Origin: Lepidodermella squamata
Lineage: Eukaryota; Animalia; Gastrotricha
NCBI GenBank assembly: GCA_047495785.1
Contig: JBLDXI010000032.1
Location: forward strand, 806,001 to 870,000
Length of the DNA: 64,000 nucleotides
Reading direction: 5' to 3'
Of this stretch, positions 23,716 to 36,365 are shown piece after piece (position 1 is the first letter of the stretch; each line of letters opens with the position of its first letter). The position numbers and the translations under genes were made by a program. A model generated the notes under the pieces. That model was not told the DNA's origin and searched no databases. It saw only the letters and a list, made by a program, of their open reading frames with translations.

Positions 23716-25294
23716 CTACTTGTTGTTGATCGGGATTGAACCGGGCGGGGCAATGCCATTCGTCGCAATGCCATTGCCATTAGCACCTCCGACGCCCATC
23801 AGCTGAATAGCCGATGGAGTAACGCCGGCACCTGATGTTCCGGCGCCGCCGTTGGCTTGTGGGGAAAATACTTCGGTTATCGCTTTTTTCAAACAACTAA
23901 AATTGTAATCGATGATGCCTGCGAGAAATGAAATGTTTGAAGTTCAAATCGGATCAGAAAAAACTGGGAATACCTTGCCGACTGAAGGCATCATCTCGCA
24001 TTAGAGAAACTAGGCCCAAATAAGTGTTCACTTCGCGCAGGTAGAGTAAAATATTATTATTTAGCCGAATAACAGCTTGTGACTGATTGTCGAAAGGGAG
24101 CTGATCGTAAAATCCTTGTTTCGATGATCTAATCAAATTAACTTTGACGTAAATTCTACGGAGACTTCTATAATATTACCCGTAGATCCAGGAAACATCG
24201 ATAAACAAGTCGATCATGTCGCAGCAAATTTCATACGACTGCATATCGACTGGGGTGGAATCGGTTGCGATGTAGATTTTTGAAGAAATGTCAAATAAAA
24301 ATGATTTGTAGATATTCGAGTTTCGGTTGAAAATATCGAGTAGCATTTCGAGCGTTCCCAAGTTCGGAATTAGCTTTTGCACGACCCGGCTAAATGCTTC
24401 AAATATGGAGTGATCATAGATCGATGTAAGATGAAACGATAGGTTCAATCCATTTTCGGCGCGAATGTTATCGCCAGCTAAATCTTCGATCACTCGATGC
24501 ATGATCGATGTTTGAATCTAAAAAAGCTGGAGTTGAGGGACAAATCATGCGGCAATATGAATTTCCTTACCTGGCTCCTATCGTCATCGGCAAGGCCATC
24601 GACTTTGTGAACAAAAATTTCAAAGTGGCACCGAGGATTCAAGGGGAAAGCGCGACTGATGACGCGGCGCAGCTTATTCAGCGAATCGAAATATTCATCC
24701 TTAGAGCAGAATAAACATGTAATGCACGCATTTCAATTATTTCATATATTCGTCATACTTGGCTATCTATAATGTAAATAAGCGCATTGCACCCAACAAA
24801 TAGACTTTCAGCGTCAAAGGTAGGATCCAGAATGTCAAGCTGGCCAGGGAATTCCCAAACTGCAATCGCAATAAAATTTTATTTATTAACAACCTTTTAT
24901 TAGCAGCAAAGCCATACCTTGGAATTTGACGAATGAGTGATTGGAAATATCTGAAAATTTTTTGAAGTTGGTGTAAAGCTTGAAGGTTTAGTTTCAGACG
25001 AACTTACCGTCCTTTTCAACTCTGTTAGTGCTCTCCAAATACAACGTGTCATTCGGTGCCATTTTGTGGAAAACCACTTTAATGATCGATGACTTCCCAC
25101 TCCTTCATATTCACATGTTATTTGAATAATATAATATTTCTTATATTGTCATACCTTCTCAATCCCATAAGCAAGATTCTTGGTTTTTGGGGTCGCAAGT
25201 AGGAGTCCCCGCCGTCAGCTTGATTCAGCAAGTTGGCGACATAACTTCCAGCCCCGAGGCTGTTGGATAACTGAGGATAATTGTAACTGCTCAT
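23716..25294 (-). CDS. RRAGC: Ras-related GTP-binding protein C/D (Gtr2/RagC), multi-exon with ~50-nt introns
   Basis: [11 protein letters not shown]-loop, [51 protein letters not shown] and [20 protein letters not shown]. Confidence 0.93.
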
Positions 25295-25962
25295 CGAATA
25301 TCAACGCTCTAATGATGGGAATTTAAGATTATTAGATAAACAATAATGAGCCCTATTCCCTATAGTCGAAGATAAGCATTCCATCGATTATGGAAGATTC
25401 TATTAGTTAAGAAGTAGAAGAGTATAGCTGCATTTCAAGTCACAAGCCACACTCCACCCTCCACCAGGTAACGGCTAGAAACCTCGGAGCGGGTCAAGCA
25501 CGCTCGAAGAAACGTCAGTCAGCTGAAACCAGGATATTTTGATTTCTTTCTTTTCACATATGATTATTTTTGTATTATTCGTGAAATTACAATCTTATGC
25601 ACAAAAGCAATTTTTTCATGTAGTATTGCATGGAATTTTGACAAAAATAAAAATTCAAATTTTACGGCTCGCGATCTCGCGTGTAGTTGTTCGTGAGACG
25701 AAGCCGGCGTCGTTGGCGAGAAGCATCGCGATTTCGCACCTCTCACCTTATCCGCTGGCCATTGGCCATTCCGCCGCGCTGTTGTGCCGTCAGGTGTAAT
25801 TTTTATGGCTAGCGCTAGCTTCGCATGGTGCGAATTTCGACAACTCACGGAGTGGACGTGTTTGAGATCGGTGAGACATCAATTTGTATGCTAAATGGTT
25901 TATGGGCATTGTAACAGGCGAAAGAATGCACTTGACTTCAAAAATTGCGCTTTTTTTATAGA
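25295..25962. promoter_or_regulatory. Probable bidirectional promoter/outron region between the two divergent gene clusters
   Basis: RagC and ADPRM are head-to-head, with a CG-rich core at ~25660-25870. Positional inference only. Confidence 0.5.
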
Positions 25963-27000
25963 ATGAATCCATTATTTTCATTTGGCGTATTCGCGGACTC
26001 TCAGTATGGAGACTTTGGTAACAGGACCAATTACACGGGCTCACGAAAGCGGTATTATCGGAATTCACTGGACATAATAAAGAGAGCGGTAGACCTTTGG
26101 AGTCAGGAAAACTTGGATTTTGTAATTCAAATGGGCGATTTGATCGACGGATTTAACGCTGTTGAATTCAATTCTACTCAATCAGCTTTTTCTGACGTAA
26201 TGGCTGCTTTAAGAGAGAAGCTACCATGTACTCCATTATTCCACGTTATTGGCAACCATGAACTTTATAATTTTAATCGTAACGACCTGGCTGTCGTATT
26301 TCCCCATCCCGATAATTTCAGGCTACAAACTTATGATCTCCGCAATTCGCGCGCATGTGTATTCTATCCATGCGAAGAAGTGGCTTTCGTTATTATTGAC
26401 AACTACGAATTTTCGATGCTTGGCTATCCGGAAAATGACATCTACGAGGAAGCAAAGACCTTCCTAATGGCTAATAACCATAACCATCACGAGTTGAACT
26501 CCCCAGATGGCTTATCTGGCCTTGATATCAGGTTTTGCAAATATAATGGATCCCTTGCTCGCGAGCAATTAGAATGGCTAGATGAAGTGCTAAAGGTAGC
26601 CGATCATAAGGGAACTCGCGTCATTATTGCAAGTAATTATTTTAAACCAATCGCCTTTCACACCCGCCTAAAATAAATTGTATATTTAGGCCATCTTCCA
26701 GTCGAGCCAAATGCATGCGACGCGGCTTGCTTAGACTGGCGTTACAACGACATCTTAGCGCTAATACGAAGTCACCCATCGGTAGCAGTTTACATGGCTG
26801 GTCATAATCACGACGGTGGATATGCTTGCGACTCGGTTGGTATTCATCATATTACATTTGAGGGCGTTATCGAAACACCTCCAGACGTTGATTGCTTTGG
26901 TACCGTTAAAGTCTTCTCTGATCGCCTGGAGATAACTGGTTATGGCCGAGTGCCATCTCGAATTTGCAAATTCAGACAGTTTAGTTCTGACACGATCTAG
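25963..27000 (+). CDS. ADPRM: Mn-dependent ADP-ribose/CDP-alcohol diphosphatase. Exons 25963-26632, 26690-27000.
   Basis: FGVFADSQYGD, RYYRNSL, QMGDLIDG, GNHELYNF and AGHNHDGGY metallophosphoesterase motifs. Confidence 0.93.
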
Positions 27001-27139
27001 TTTGTGTTTTAATTGTGTTAATTTATGCCGGTTCATTTTTTCTTTTTCAACTTGTTGAGCTTTCTTTTTTCCTGTATTTGCCGTGAAACAACATTTGTTG
27101 TAACCAATATTTCTTTTCAATTATAGAGCATATTAGCAA

Positions 27140-28555
27140 ATGACGTTTCGACTCCTTGCAAGGCAATTCTCCACATCGAGGCTTGATAGTGAACGTCAAA
27201 AGCTTGTTATTCTAGGCTGTGGCTGGGGCTCTTACGCTGTATTTCAAAACGTTAACCGCAAGCAGTATGACGTGGCGGTTATCAGTCCTCGTAACCATTT
27301 CCTGTTCACTCCACTCCTCGCTAGTACTACAGTTGGTACCTTGGAGTTTCGATCGATAATTCAGCCTATAAGAAACACTCCATTTCGAGAGGCGACTCAT
27401 TTCAATCTCGCCCATGCTACGTCTGTCGATTTCCCTAATCGATTAGTCAAATGCAGAAGTGTTATCAACCCAGACTTGGAATTTGACGAGAAGTATTTAT
27501 TTGTTTACCTGTCTCGTTTATTGAATAATTATTCACAATATCCTAAGATACGATCGCCTCGTTATTGGCGTCGGAGCACTGCCGAATACATTTGGCATTC
27601 CAGGCGTAAACGAACACGCTTACTTCCTGAAAGAGATTGCAGATGCTCGCCGAATTCGCAACAAAATTATTGACAACATCGAGCTTTCAATGCAACCAGG
27701 TTTGTCCAAAGAAGAGCGACTTCGCCTGCTTAGCTTTGTCATCGTTGGCGGTGGACCGACTGGCGTTGAATTCGGCGCCGAACTACACGACTTCATCAAG
27801 GAGGATGCTCAGCGCTTATTCCGCGGGAGACTGGACGATATTAACGTCGTGTTAGTTGAAGCTGCTAATATTTTGGCATCATTCGACGCGAGAATGCGGG
27901 AATATGCTGAGAAAAAAATTCAGGCCCGTAAAAGTTTTCGGATTGTTCGATCAAGTGTCACTAAAGTTACACCTGATTGCGTCTATCTAAAAGTAATATC
28001 TCACAAATAATTGAGGAGAGAACTGAGTTTTGTTTCCATTAGGATGGCTCGAAAATTCCTTGTGGAATAGTTGTATGGAGTACTGGCGTTGCCGCTCGAG
28101 AATTCACCGCCGGTCTACCAATTCCGAAAAATAATCGAGGTCAAATATTAGTCGATGAGTACTTACGTGTCGCGGCTGAAAACGTCCCAAAGAATTCCGT
28201 TTTTTCCCTGGGCGATTGCGCTCATATTCAAAATTACCCACTACCAACTACGGCCCAAGTCGCTGAGCGGGAAGGCCGTTATATTGCTAATCTATTGAAC
28301 AAATGCCCGAATGAGATCGGCAACCATCCTAAGTTTGTGTTCACATCATCTGGCATGCTAGCTTACCTCGGTGATCATCGTGCCTTGGCTGATTTGCATG
28401 TTCAAAAGCAAGACTATCACCTAGCTGGGATCAAATCCTGGATTTTGTGGCGATCGGCCTACTTGACTCGACTTGGAAGCTGGCGTCTCCGCTTTCAAGT
28501 TCCATTTGATTGGCTGAAGACTATTATCTTCGGCCGAGATGTCTCTCGTTTCTAA
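27140..28555 (+). CDS. Alternative (type II) NADH:ubiquinone oxidoreductase, NDH2. Exons 27140-27492, 27548-27992, 28043-28555.
   Basis: LVILGCGWG, SPRNHFLFTPLLASTTVGTLEFRS, IVGGGPTGVEFGAELHD, VVWSTG, LPTTAQVA and LWRSAYLTRLGSWR..DW...FGRDVSRF. Confidence 0.93.
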
Positions 28556-28640
28556 CTTTAGGATTTGCTTTCTCCCATATTTTTCCACCTTGACAACCTT
28601 TGATTAAAATGTAGGTATTTTAATCTAATTTTTGTGAAAA

Positions 28641-29000
28641 ATGGGTGACGAAGTTGACGATGACGAGGTGGAAATGATGGGATCGAACCAGAAAGAGGGC
28701 GCGGGTGGAGCTGGAGGTGTTTTGTCAATCGAAGAACCGATGGACGTGATTCGCCTGTGTCTAGACGAAAAAGTCTACGTAAAATTGAAGAATGACCGCG
28801 AATTACGCGGCGTTTTACACGCTTACGACCAGCACTTGAACATGATTTTGGGCGATGTCGAAGAAACAATCATGACCCTGGAAATGGACGAAGAAACGTA
28901 CGAAGCTATCTACAAAACAACATGCCGATCAGTGCCGATGCTTTTCGTGCGTGGTGATGCCGTTATCCTAGTGTCACCCATCGCCTCCCGGCCTGCGTAA
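28641..29000 (+). CDS. LSM3: U6 snRNA-associated Sm-like protein LSm3
   Basis: [18 protein letters not shown]...[24 protein letters not shown]...[14 protein letters not shown]. Confidence 0.95.
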   Translation: MGDEVDDDEVEMMGSNQKEGAGGAGGVLSIEEPMDVIRLCLDEKVYVKLKNDRELRGVLHAYDQHLNMILGDVEETIMTLEMDEETYEAIYKTTCRSVPMLFVRGDAVILVSPIASRPA

Positions 29001-29191
29001 TTCATTAGAAATCGCCAAAGCAACGAACTGCTCATTCTTTTCCGTTCGCTCGCTCGCTCGCATTGTGTTGATATTTACTAGTCGAATTTTTTTCCTGAAA
29101 TTCCGAGTGTATCTTCTCTCAGCTGATAAATTTGTTTAACACAATTTTATTCCTTTCGGTTTAGATATTTTCTTATTTGAGACTTTAAAAC

Positions 29192-30101
29192 ATGACCCTC
29201 GAGGAGTTGAGACGATTTCTTCAGCAATTGTTGATCAGGTATTTTGATGAATGCTTATTTAAATTGTGCTCCGTAAATTTTAGTTTTTGCGGAGAATTTC
29301 TATTTTTCCAAATGGAAGCTAATAAGATTACGATTTAGTAAAGTAAAGACAAAGATGAACGCGTTTATTCGTCCGACGTTTAGGTTATTTTCTAAACCTA
29401 GATGCTTTAGGGAATTAGTTCAGAAATTGAGTAGCATTTGAAGTTAAATTTTAAGATGGATGTTTGAAAAATAAGCCCAATTTTTTAAGATTTTTACGAT
29501 TTCGCCAAAAAATGAAGACTAAAAAACGCTTCTCATTTTTGAATTATTCAAAAATTTTAAACTTAATTTTTTTCTAATAATTTTGATCATTATTCATCGA
29601 TTTATGGTCGAAATATCCATGTCCAATTTTAGATGCTCCAATCGATGTATTAGGAACTCATATATTGCGAATTGAGAATCCTTAACGATAATTAATGATT
29701 TATTCATTTTCATATGTCTCGCGTTTTTCAATGACCAATAATTGTTTCTGAATTGCAGAACCGACGGCCTGTTGGCGATAGTAATCCACGACAGCGACGG
29801 CGTTCCATTAATTAAGGCCACTCGGCCGGACTACCCAGAACCAGCCCTGCGGCCTTTTTTCCTATCTCTAGCCAGCTCGTTCGCGGAACAGGCCGAAAAG
29901 TTGAAACTCGGCCATTTGCGCAACATGATTGCTACGTATGAAACCTACCAAGTCGTTTACATCAATCAAAACCCGGTTTTCATCGCGTTAATCGCTCAAA
30001 ACGATGCGCTGACCGGCCTGCTGTTATCAGTCGAAAGCGAACTGCGACCGGTTATTCCTGTGTTTCAGAACGTGGTCTCGGAACATGCCCCAGTCGCCTA
30101 A
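29192..30101 (+). CDS. LAMTOR3: Ragulator subunit LAMTOR3 (MP1). Exons 29192-29238, 29759-30101.
   Basis: MTLEELRRFLQQLLIR-TDGLLAIVIHDSDGVPLIK...EQAEKLKLG...YETYQVV...TGLLLS; a phase-2 intron joins the exons in frame. Confidence 0.9.
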
Positions 30102-30259
30102 CTCCAAGAAAAAAATATCGACCAAATTTTGCTATAATATTGTGATTGTGCTACATTATAATACGACTTCGCTACTTAATTTGGGCTAAATTATCGACGA
30201 TAGTATTGCGATATGAAAAAAATGTGATTCAAGTTCGATTTTTTTCTGTAGATTTAATA

Positions 30260-32794
30260 ATGATTGATACTGCGCCAGCTGCTGAGGCAGCAAAAACTGC
30301 GGAACCGCCGGCTAAACCCGCCTCGCCAACGAAGGAGGAGACGAAAATTCTGGTAGTCGGCGATGTCCGCGGTCAATTTGAAGCCGTTTTTTCCCGCGTC
30401 ACCCAGATCATGACAAAAGCCGGTCTTTTCGATCTACTAATCTGCGTCGGCGAGTTCTTCTCAGACGACCCGCAAGCTCAGTCGGAATGGAAGCGCTACC
30501 AGTCTGGCGAGGCAGCGGCGCCCCTAGCCACCTTAATAATGGGCCCGTGCCACTCTTCGACCGCCGAGTTCTACGGAACAGCCGGCCGGCAGGGGTGTGA
30601 AATCGCCAGATCGATCTATTATTTGGGCCATCATGGAGTTTATACCACGACTTCGGGCGTTACTATCGCGTATTTGAGCGGGAGGGAAGACCCGGCCCTA
30701 CCGAACGGTTCCTACTCCTTCACCCCGGCTGATATAGCCGACCTACGCCGGCTTTGCAAATCACATGCGAAGTTCAACGGGGTCGACATTTTGTTAACCG
30801 CCCAATGGCCGTATGGTACCTTGACATACAGCGACCAGCAGAGCCCGGTTGATGAACCAGCCGTGTCGGCGCAGGGATCGTTCGAGTCGCGCCTTGTCGC
30901 CGAATTAGCCGTGTCTGTTCGGCCGCGTTATCACTTCGCCGGGCTGCGAAATGCGTTTTTCGAGCGTCGCCCGTATCGAAACCACCGCATTTTGCAGGAA
31001 CCACCCCGCGCCGTGACGCGGTTCATCGGCCTCGCTGCGTGTGACCTGAAGTCGAAAAAACGTTTCTACTACGCCTATAAAATGGTGCCGTTGTACTGCA
31101 TGGACCACGCGGCGTTGACCCTACAGCCGAGTGATACGACAGAGTGCCCGTACATGGACTTTGTCAAGGTGACCACGGCGAATGAAGAGGCGATCAATGA
31201 AATGACGGCGTCTGATGGCCAGGCTATGTGGTCGAATTCCGGCGATATGCCGCGGCGTTTTCAAGAACCTCCTCCCCCATCGCAATTTTTCTTTGATGCC
31301 AAGGTTTGTTTCTCATCCTTAATTGAAAATTCATAGTGGGAAAATGCGATAAACCCTTATTTCCCTTCATTTCGGCTCCCCGCTGGAACCATTCTCGAAG
31401 ACTCTTGCAATCTTAAATTGTAAAGCGGTTTTGGTTTTGTTGGAGTTCGAAAAATCAACCATAGATTTCTATGTTGACTGGATTAAGGTGGTTCAGTGAT
31501 GATCAACAATTATTTTTTTGCCTTAATAAGAACTTTGATAAGAAATGAAAACTGTCCAAGGCAATACAAATTTTTTTATTATCTTACTGCCAAAATTACC
31601 TATAAAATCCTCATTGAGAATTTGAACAAAATCCTTCGAGCCCCCACCTTGTAAAAATTGAAAGAAATTCTTTACAATATTTAAAAAAAATTTAGAATTG
31701 TAAAATTCCAAAAAAATTAAACCGCTTGCCGATGTCTCGAGTTTGCCGTGTCCTGGAGTCGAACCAGGGTCACCTCGGCCACAACGAGGAATACTAACCA
31801 CTATACTAACACGGCCAGTTTTCGCGGTTAAGAAACTTTTAGCTCAGCGGTCTCTTGAGACCATTTTTACCATCGATTTTACGCAGACAGCTGCTTAAAC
31901 GCGCACTATTTTATATCATGTAGCAAAAAGCGTGAGAGCAAAAGTAGCTTTTTCACTTTTTAATATGCTAATTCTTGCGGCAAGTTTATAATTGTTTTGT
32001 TTCTCATCCAGGTCCTTCAAGCCGCTGAGAAACGCAGGCGCCGCGAACAGCAGCAACAACAACATAACAATGAACAAAATAGAACCGGTGGGGGCGGGGC
32101 CGCTGTGCCGGTCAAAAAGCGCCAGTCTCAGTGCTGGTTCTGCCTGAGCTCGCCCGAAGTCGAAAAACATTTGGTCGTTAGTGTGGCTAACGAAACCTAC
32201 CTCGCAATGGCGAAAGGCCCGCTGACCGAGGACAACGTGCTAATTTTGCCTATTGCCCATCACCAGTCTTCAGTGCACTGCCCGATTGAGGTGCTGCAAG
32301 AAATCGACCATTACAAAAACAGCCTTCGCCGCTTCTTCCACTCCGAGGGAAAACAGCCCGTTTTCTACGAGAGAAACGTCAAAAGCCTTCACCTTCAAAT
32401 TCAGGTTCACGCCGTACCTGGGTCGCACTCGAGCTCGAAAATTAAGGCGGCTTTCCAGCGTGCGGCAACGCGGCTAGGCCAGGCCTTCAGCGAACTGCCC
32501 CGCCATGCGGATTTGAGCCAACTGGTCGGACCAACTGAGCCGTATTTCTTGGTCGAATTACCCGATTGCCAGCGTTTGCTGCTCAGAATTCACGCGCGAA
32601 ACTCGAACACGTTCCCACTGGCCTTCGGGCGCGATTTGATCGCATCTGCCGAGTTTTTGAACCTGCCAAGCCGCATCGATTGGCGGCAGTGCACGACAGA
32701 TCAGAACGAAGAAACGTCGGTTACGCAACGATTCCGTCAGCGATTTGAGCCCTATGATTATTCAATCACTGGAATACCCCCACCGTCTGAGTAG
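30260..32794 (+). CDS. CWF19L1: CWF19-like protein 1. Exons 30260-31303, 32012-32794.
   Basis: KILVVGDVRG, GVDILLTAQWP, RPRYHFAG, FFERRPYRNH, and the CwfJ C-terminal motif CWFCLSSPEVEKHLVVSV. Confidence 0.93.
31744..31815 (-). tRNA. tRNA-His(GTG), antisense within the CWF19L1 intron
   Basis: GCCGTGTTAGTATAGTGGTTAGTATTCCTCGTTGTGGCCGAGGTGACCCTGGTTCGACTCCAGGACACGGCA folds as a cloverleaf with anticodon GTG and a GGTTCGA T-loop. Confidence 0.95.
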
Positions 32795-33285
32795 AACGGG
32801 AGAAGAGTATGGCGCATAAAAAACACGCGAATTTAATCAATATAAAATTTGACGATTTTTGTATCGATGATATATACATATAAAAAGCGTAATTTGATAA
32901 GAGGTGCGCATTTCTGGTCACGAGAGTAAAATTTCGGTGGAATTTTGTGTAGATATGAATGAATTGATTTGAGTTGTGATTTCTCCCAGTGGCGATGAGA
33001 GCAAGTGCATCCGATACTACAATTTTTTGAATTTTTTGTGTTTTCTCTTTCTCTGTCTGTATGTCTCTCTCTCTCTCTTTTCAGCTTCGAAAAATCAGTG
33101 TACGCATATATAAACATGAGATATATATAGCAAAAATACATGCTCAAAATATAGTCAATCTATTCGCGTACTTATATCGTTTCATAAAAAATGTTTTTAT
33201 CGAAAATAATCGCTGATATTGAATTAATAATCAACAATATTGTTTTATTTTTACTTTTAGGGAGGATTTTTTAATAATTGAATCA

Positions 33286-36200
33286 ATGGCCGCTAACAGT
33301 GAAAATGACGCGGATTTTAGGGTTATCATCGAGCCTGATGACCTTCCATTTGAGGAGGAGTTGGTTCGAAATCCGTACAGCGTCCGCATGTGGCTGCGAT
33401 ATGCCGAGCATAAACGGCTGAATGGCTCGCCGCCAGAGAGCGTTTACGCTGTTTGCGAGCGCGCAGTTCGCGAACTGCCCGGCAGCTATAAGCTGTGGTA
33501 CTCGTACTTGCATAAACGATACGAAGACGTAGCCGATTTGTGCGTTACCGACCCGCACATTGAAGCTACAAATAACGCGTTCGAGCGCGGCCTGGTTTAT
33601 ATGAATAAAATGCCGCGCATTTGGCTCGAATACCTGGAATTCCTCGTCAGCCAAGGTTTGATCACGCGGTGCCGGCGAACTTTCGATCGAGCTCTTCGTG
33701 CTCTTCCAGTCACTCAACATCATCGAATTTGGCCTCTTTATCTTAAAGTAAGTAAATTGTTTGCAAAATAGAGAATAATCAATGCATATGCACAACCTAA
33801 ATTCCCGAAAAATGGGATTTTGAGTTTTATATCTTCCAAGTAGCTACAGTAAAAAATCCCAAGGTCGGTCATGTGGACATCGCAAAACTAGTGGGAAAAT
33901 TTAATCCTAGAACCTAAATTTTAGTGGTGAATAATTCTAGAAATAACCTTGAAATAATTCTATTGAATCTAATTGAAATAATCTTTCACCTTGAAATAAT
34001 TCTAGATGATATGAAGTATATTATGAAATATAAAGTAAAATTAAGGAGGATTTTTCAATTAATGATCGATTTTCTGAATTTTTCTGAATTTTTTTAATTT
34101 GCTTGAATTTTCTAATTTCAGTTTGTTACAAGCTATGATGATATTAGCGAAACAGCAATGCGCGTATATCGCCGCTTTATCAAACTGAGCCCCGAAAGCG
34201 TCGAAGAATACATAGACTACCTGCGAATAATCGGCCAATATGACGAGGCCGCCTCGCGCCTGGTCGATGTGATCAACGACGAGCGATTCGTGTCAATGTA
34301 CGGCAAGTCGAAGCATCAACTGTGGAACGAACTCTGCGAATTGATCGCGAAATACCCGGATAAAATCACATCCCTCAAGGTGGAGCCGATTATTCGGCAG
34401 GGAATTCGCCGATTTACGAATCAAGTCGGCTGGCTGTGGTGCTCACTGGCGGACTACTACATCAGAGCCGGGCATTTCGAACGCGCGAGAGATATCTACG
34501 AAGAGGCGATGGAAAGCGTGCTGACTGTTCGCGATTTCACTCAAGTTTTCGACGCTTATGCCCAGTTTGAGGAGACTATCGCTGGGGAAGAGATTGAGCA
34601 AGAAGGCGAGGCTGGCGATGACGAAGTCGAGTTACGCCTCGCTAGGCTCGAGCGGCTCATGGAACGCCGGCCGTTGTTACTCAACAGCGTTGTCTTACGC
34701 CAAAATCCGCATAACGTGCACGAGTGGCAGAAGCGAGTGCAGTTATTCGAAGGCAAACCGCTGGAAATCGTGAATACTTACACTGAGGCGGTGCAAACTG
34801 TCGACCCGAGACTCGCGACCGGCAAGGTCTACGCGCTTTGGGTCGATTTCGCGAAGTTCTACGAGACTCACGGCCAGTTGGATGACGCTAGACTGGTTTT
34901 CGACCGGGCTACTCGCGTTAACTTCCCGCGGGCTGATGAGTTAGCAACAATCTGGGCTGAATATGTTGAGATGGAGTTGAGGCATGACAACCACCAGTCT
35001 GCGTTAGCCCTGTTAAAACGAGCCACTGCAGTGCCGCCGCCTCGTTCAGGCGGCGCGAAGGCAATTTCTTACCACGACGAAGCCGAACCAGTTCAAAATC
35101 GTGTTCATCGCTCGTTGAAATTGTGGTCGTTATACGCCGATTTGGAGGAGTGTTTCGGCGATTTTGACTCGTGCAAAGCTGTTTACGATAAAATCCTCGA
35201 GCTGCGCATTGCCACGCCGCAAATCGTGATCAATTACACGGTTTTCCTCGAGGAACATAATTACTTCGAAGAGGCTTTCAAAGCGTATGAGCGTGGTATT
35301 ATTCTCTTCAAATGGCCGCAAGTTTACGACTTGTGGCTCAATTATTTGACGAAATTCATCAAACGTTATGGTGGATCGAAATTGGAGCGAGTTCGTGATT
35401 TATTCGAGCAGTGCCTCGAGGACTGCCCGCCTGAATCGGCTAAACATTTCTTCCTCATGTACGCGAAATTGGAGGAGGAACACGGCTTAGCTCGTCGAGC
35501 TATGCAGGTCTACGACCGAGCGACCAATGGCGTGGCAGTCAAGGATAAAATGGAGATGTTCAGCATTTATATCAAACGAGCGGCTGAGTTGTATGGGCTA
35601 ACGTATACTCGGCCCATTTACGAGAAGGCCATCGAAGAATTGCCGGACACTGAATCGCGGGAAATGTGTATTCGATTCGCTGATTTAGAGCGAAAACTCG
35701 GCGAAATTGATCGAGCTCGTAAGTATATTTTCCCATATTTTCCAACAAATTCAATTTGAAAAAATTGAAATTGAGTTTAAATTTTTCAATATTTCGTTTG
35801 AAAATTTTAAATTTTTCAAAACGAACCTATTTTTTAGCGGAATTTTCTAATTTTTATATTTCAATTGACAGGAGCTCTTTACGTGCATTGTTCTCAAATG
35901 TGCGACCCTCGAACAACGGAGCAATTTTGGCAAACATGGAAAGACTTTGAGATCAAACACGGCAATGAAGACACATTGCGTGAAATGTTGCGTATCAAGC
36001 GATCAGTCCAGGCTTTGTACAACACTCAGGTCGATTTCATGGCCGCGCAAATGGTGGCGCAAACACCCGGTGTTGAAGTTTCGTCAGGGGCGGCTGGAAA
36101 TGCGATGGCTGCGCTGGAGGAGAAAATGCGGCAGCAATCGGCGAAACAAATGCAGGCGACTGGCAACGCCGATGCTGCGTCTAATATCCGGTTCGTGCGC

Positions 36201-36365
36201 GGTGGTACGCTTATCGAGAAGCAGGCGAAAAACGGCGAGGAGAACGAGAAGTTGTTGGCGAAAAATCCTGCGGAAATCGACATCAGCTTTGATGACGACG
36301 ACGAAGACGGCGGAGAGGCGGCGGAACAAGAACAACCTCAATCGAAAAAATCCAAAGGTATTTGA
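33286..36365 (+). CDS. XAB2: Pre-mRNA splicing factor SYF1/XAB2. Exons 33286-33747, 34122-35718, 35872-36365; a further terminal exon near 37110 is possible.
   Basis: [33 protein letters not shown] repeats, [12 protein letters not shown] and [19 protein letters not shown]. Confidence 0.96.

Noticed and set aside
33040-33082. (CT)n-rich tract and the 104-aa minus ORF across it
   Set aside because: A simple microsatellite in a 3' UTR/intercistronic region; the ORF is low-complexity.
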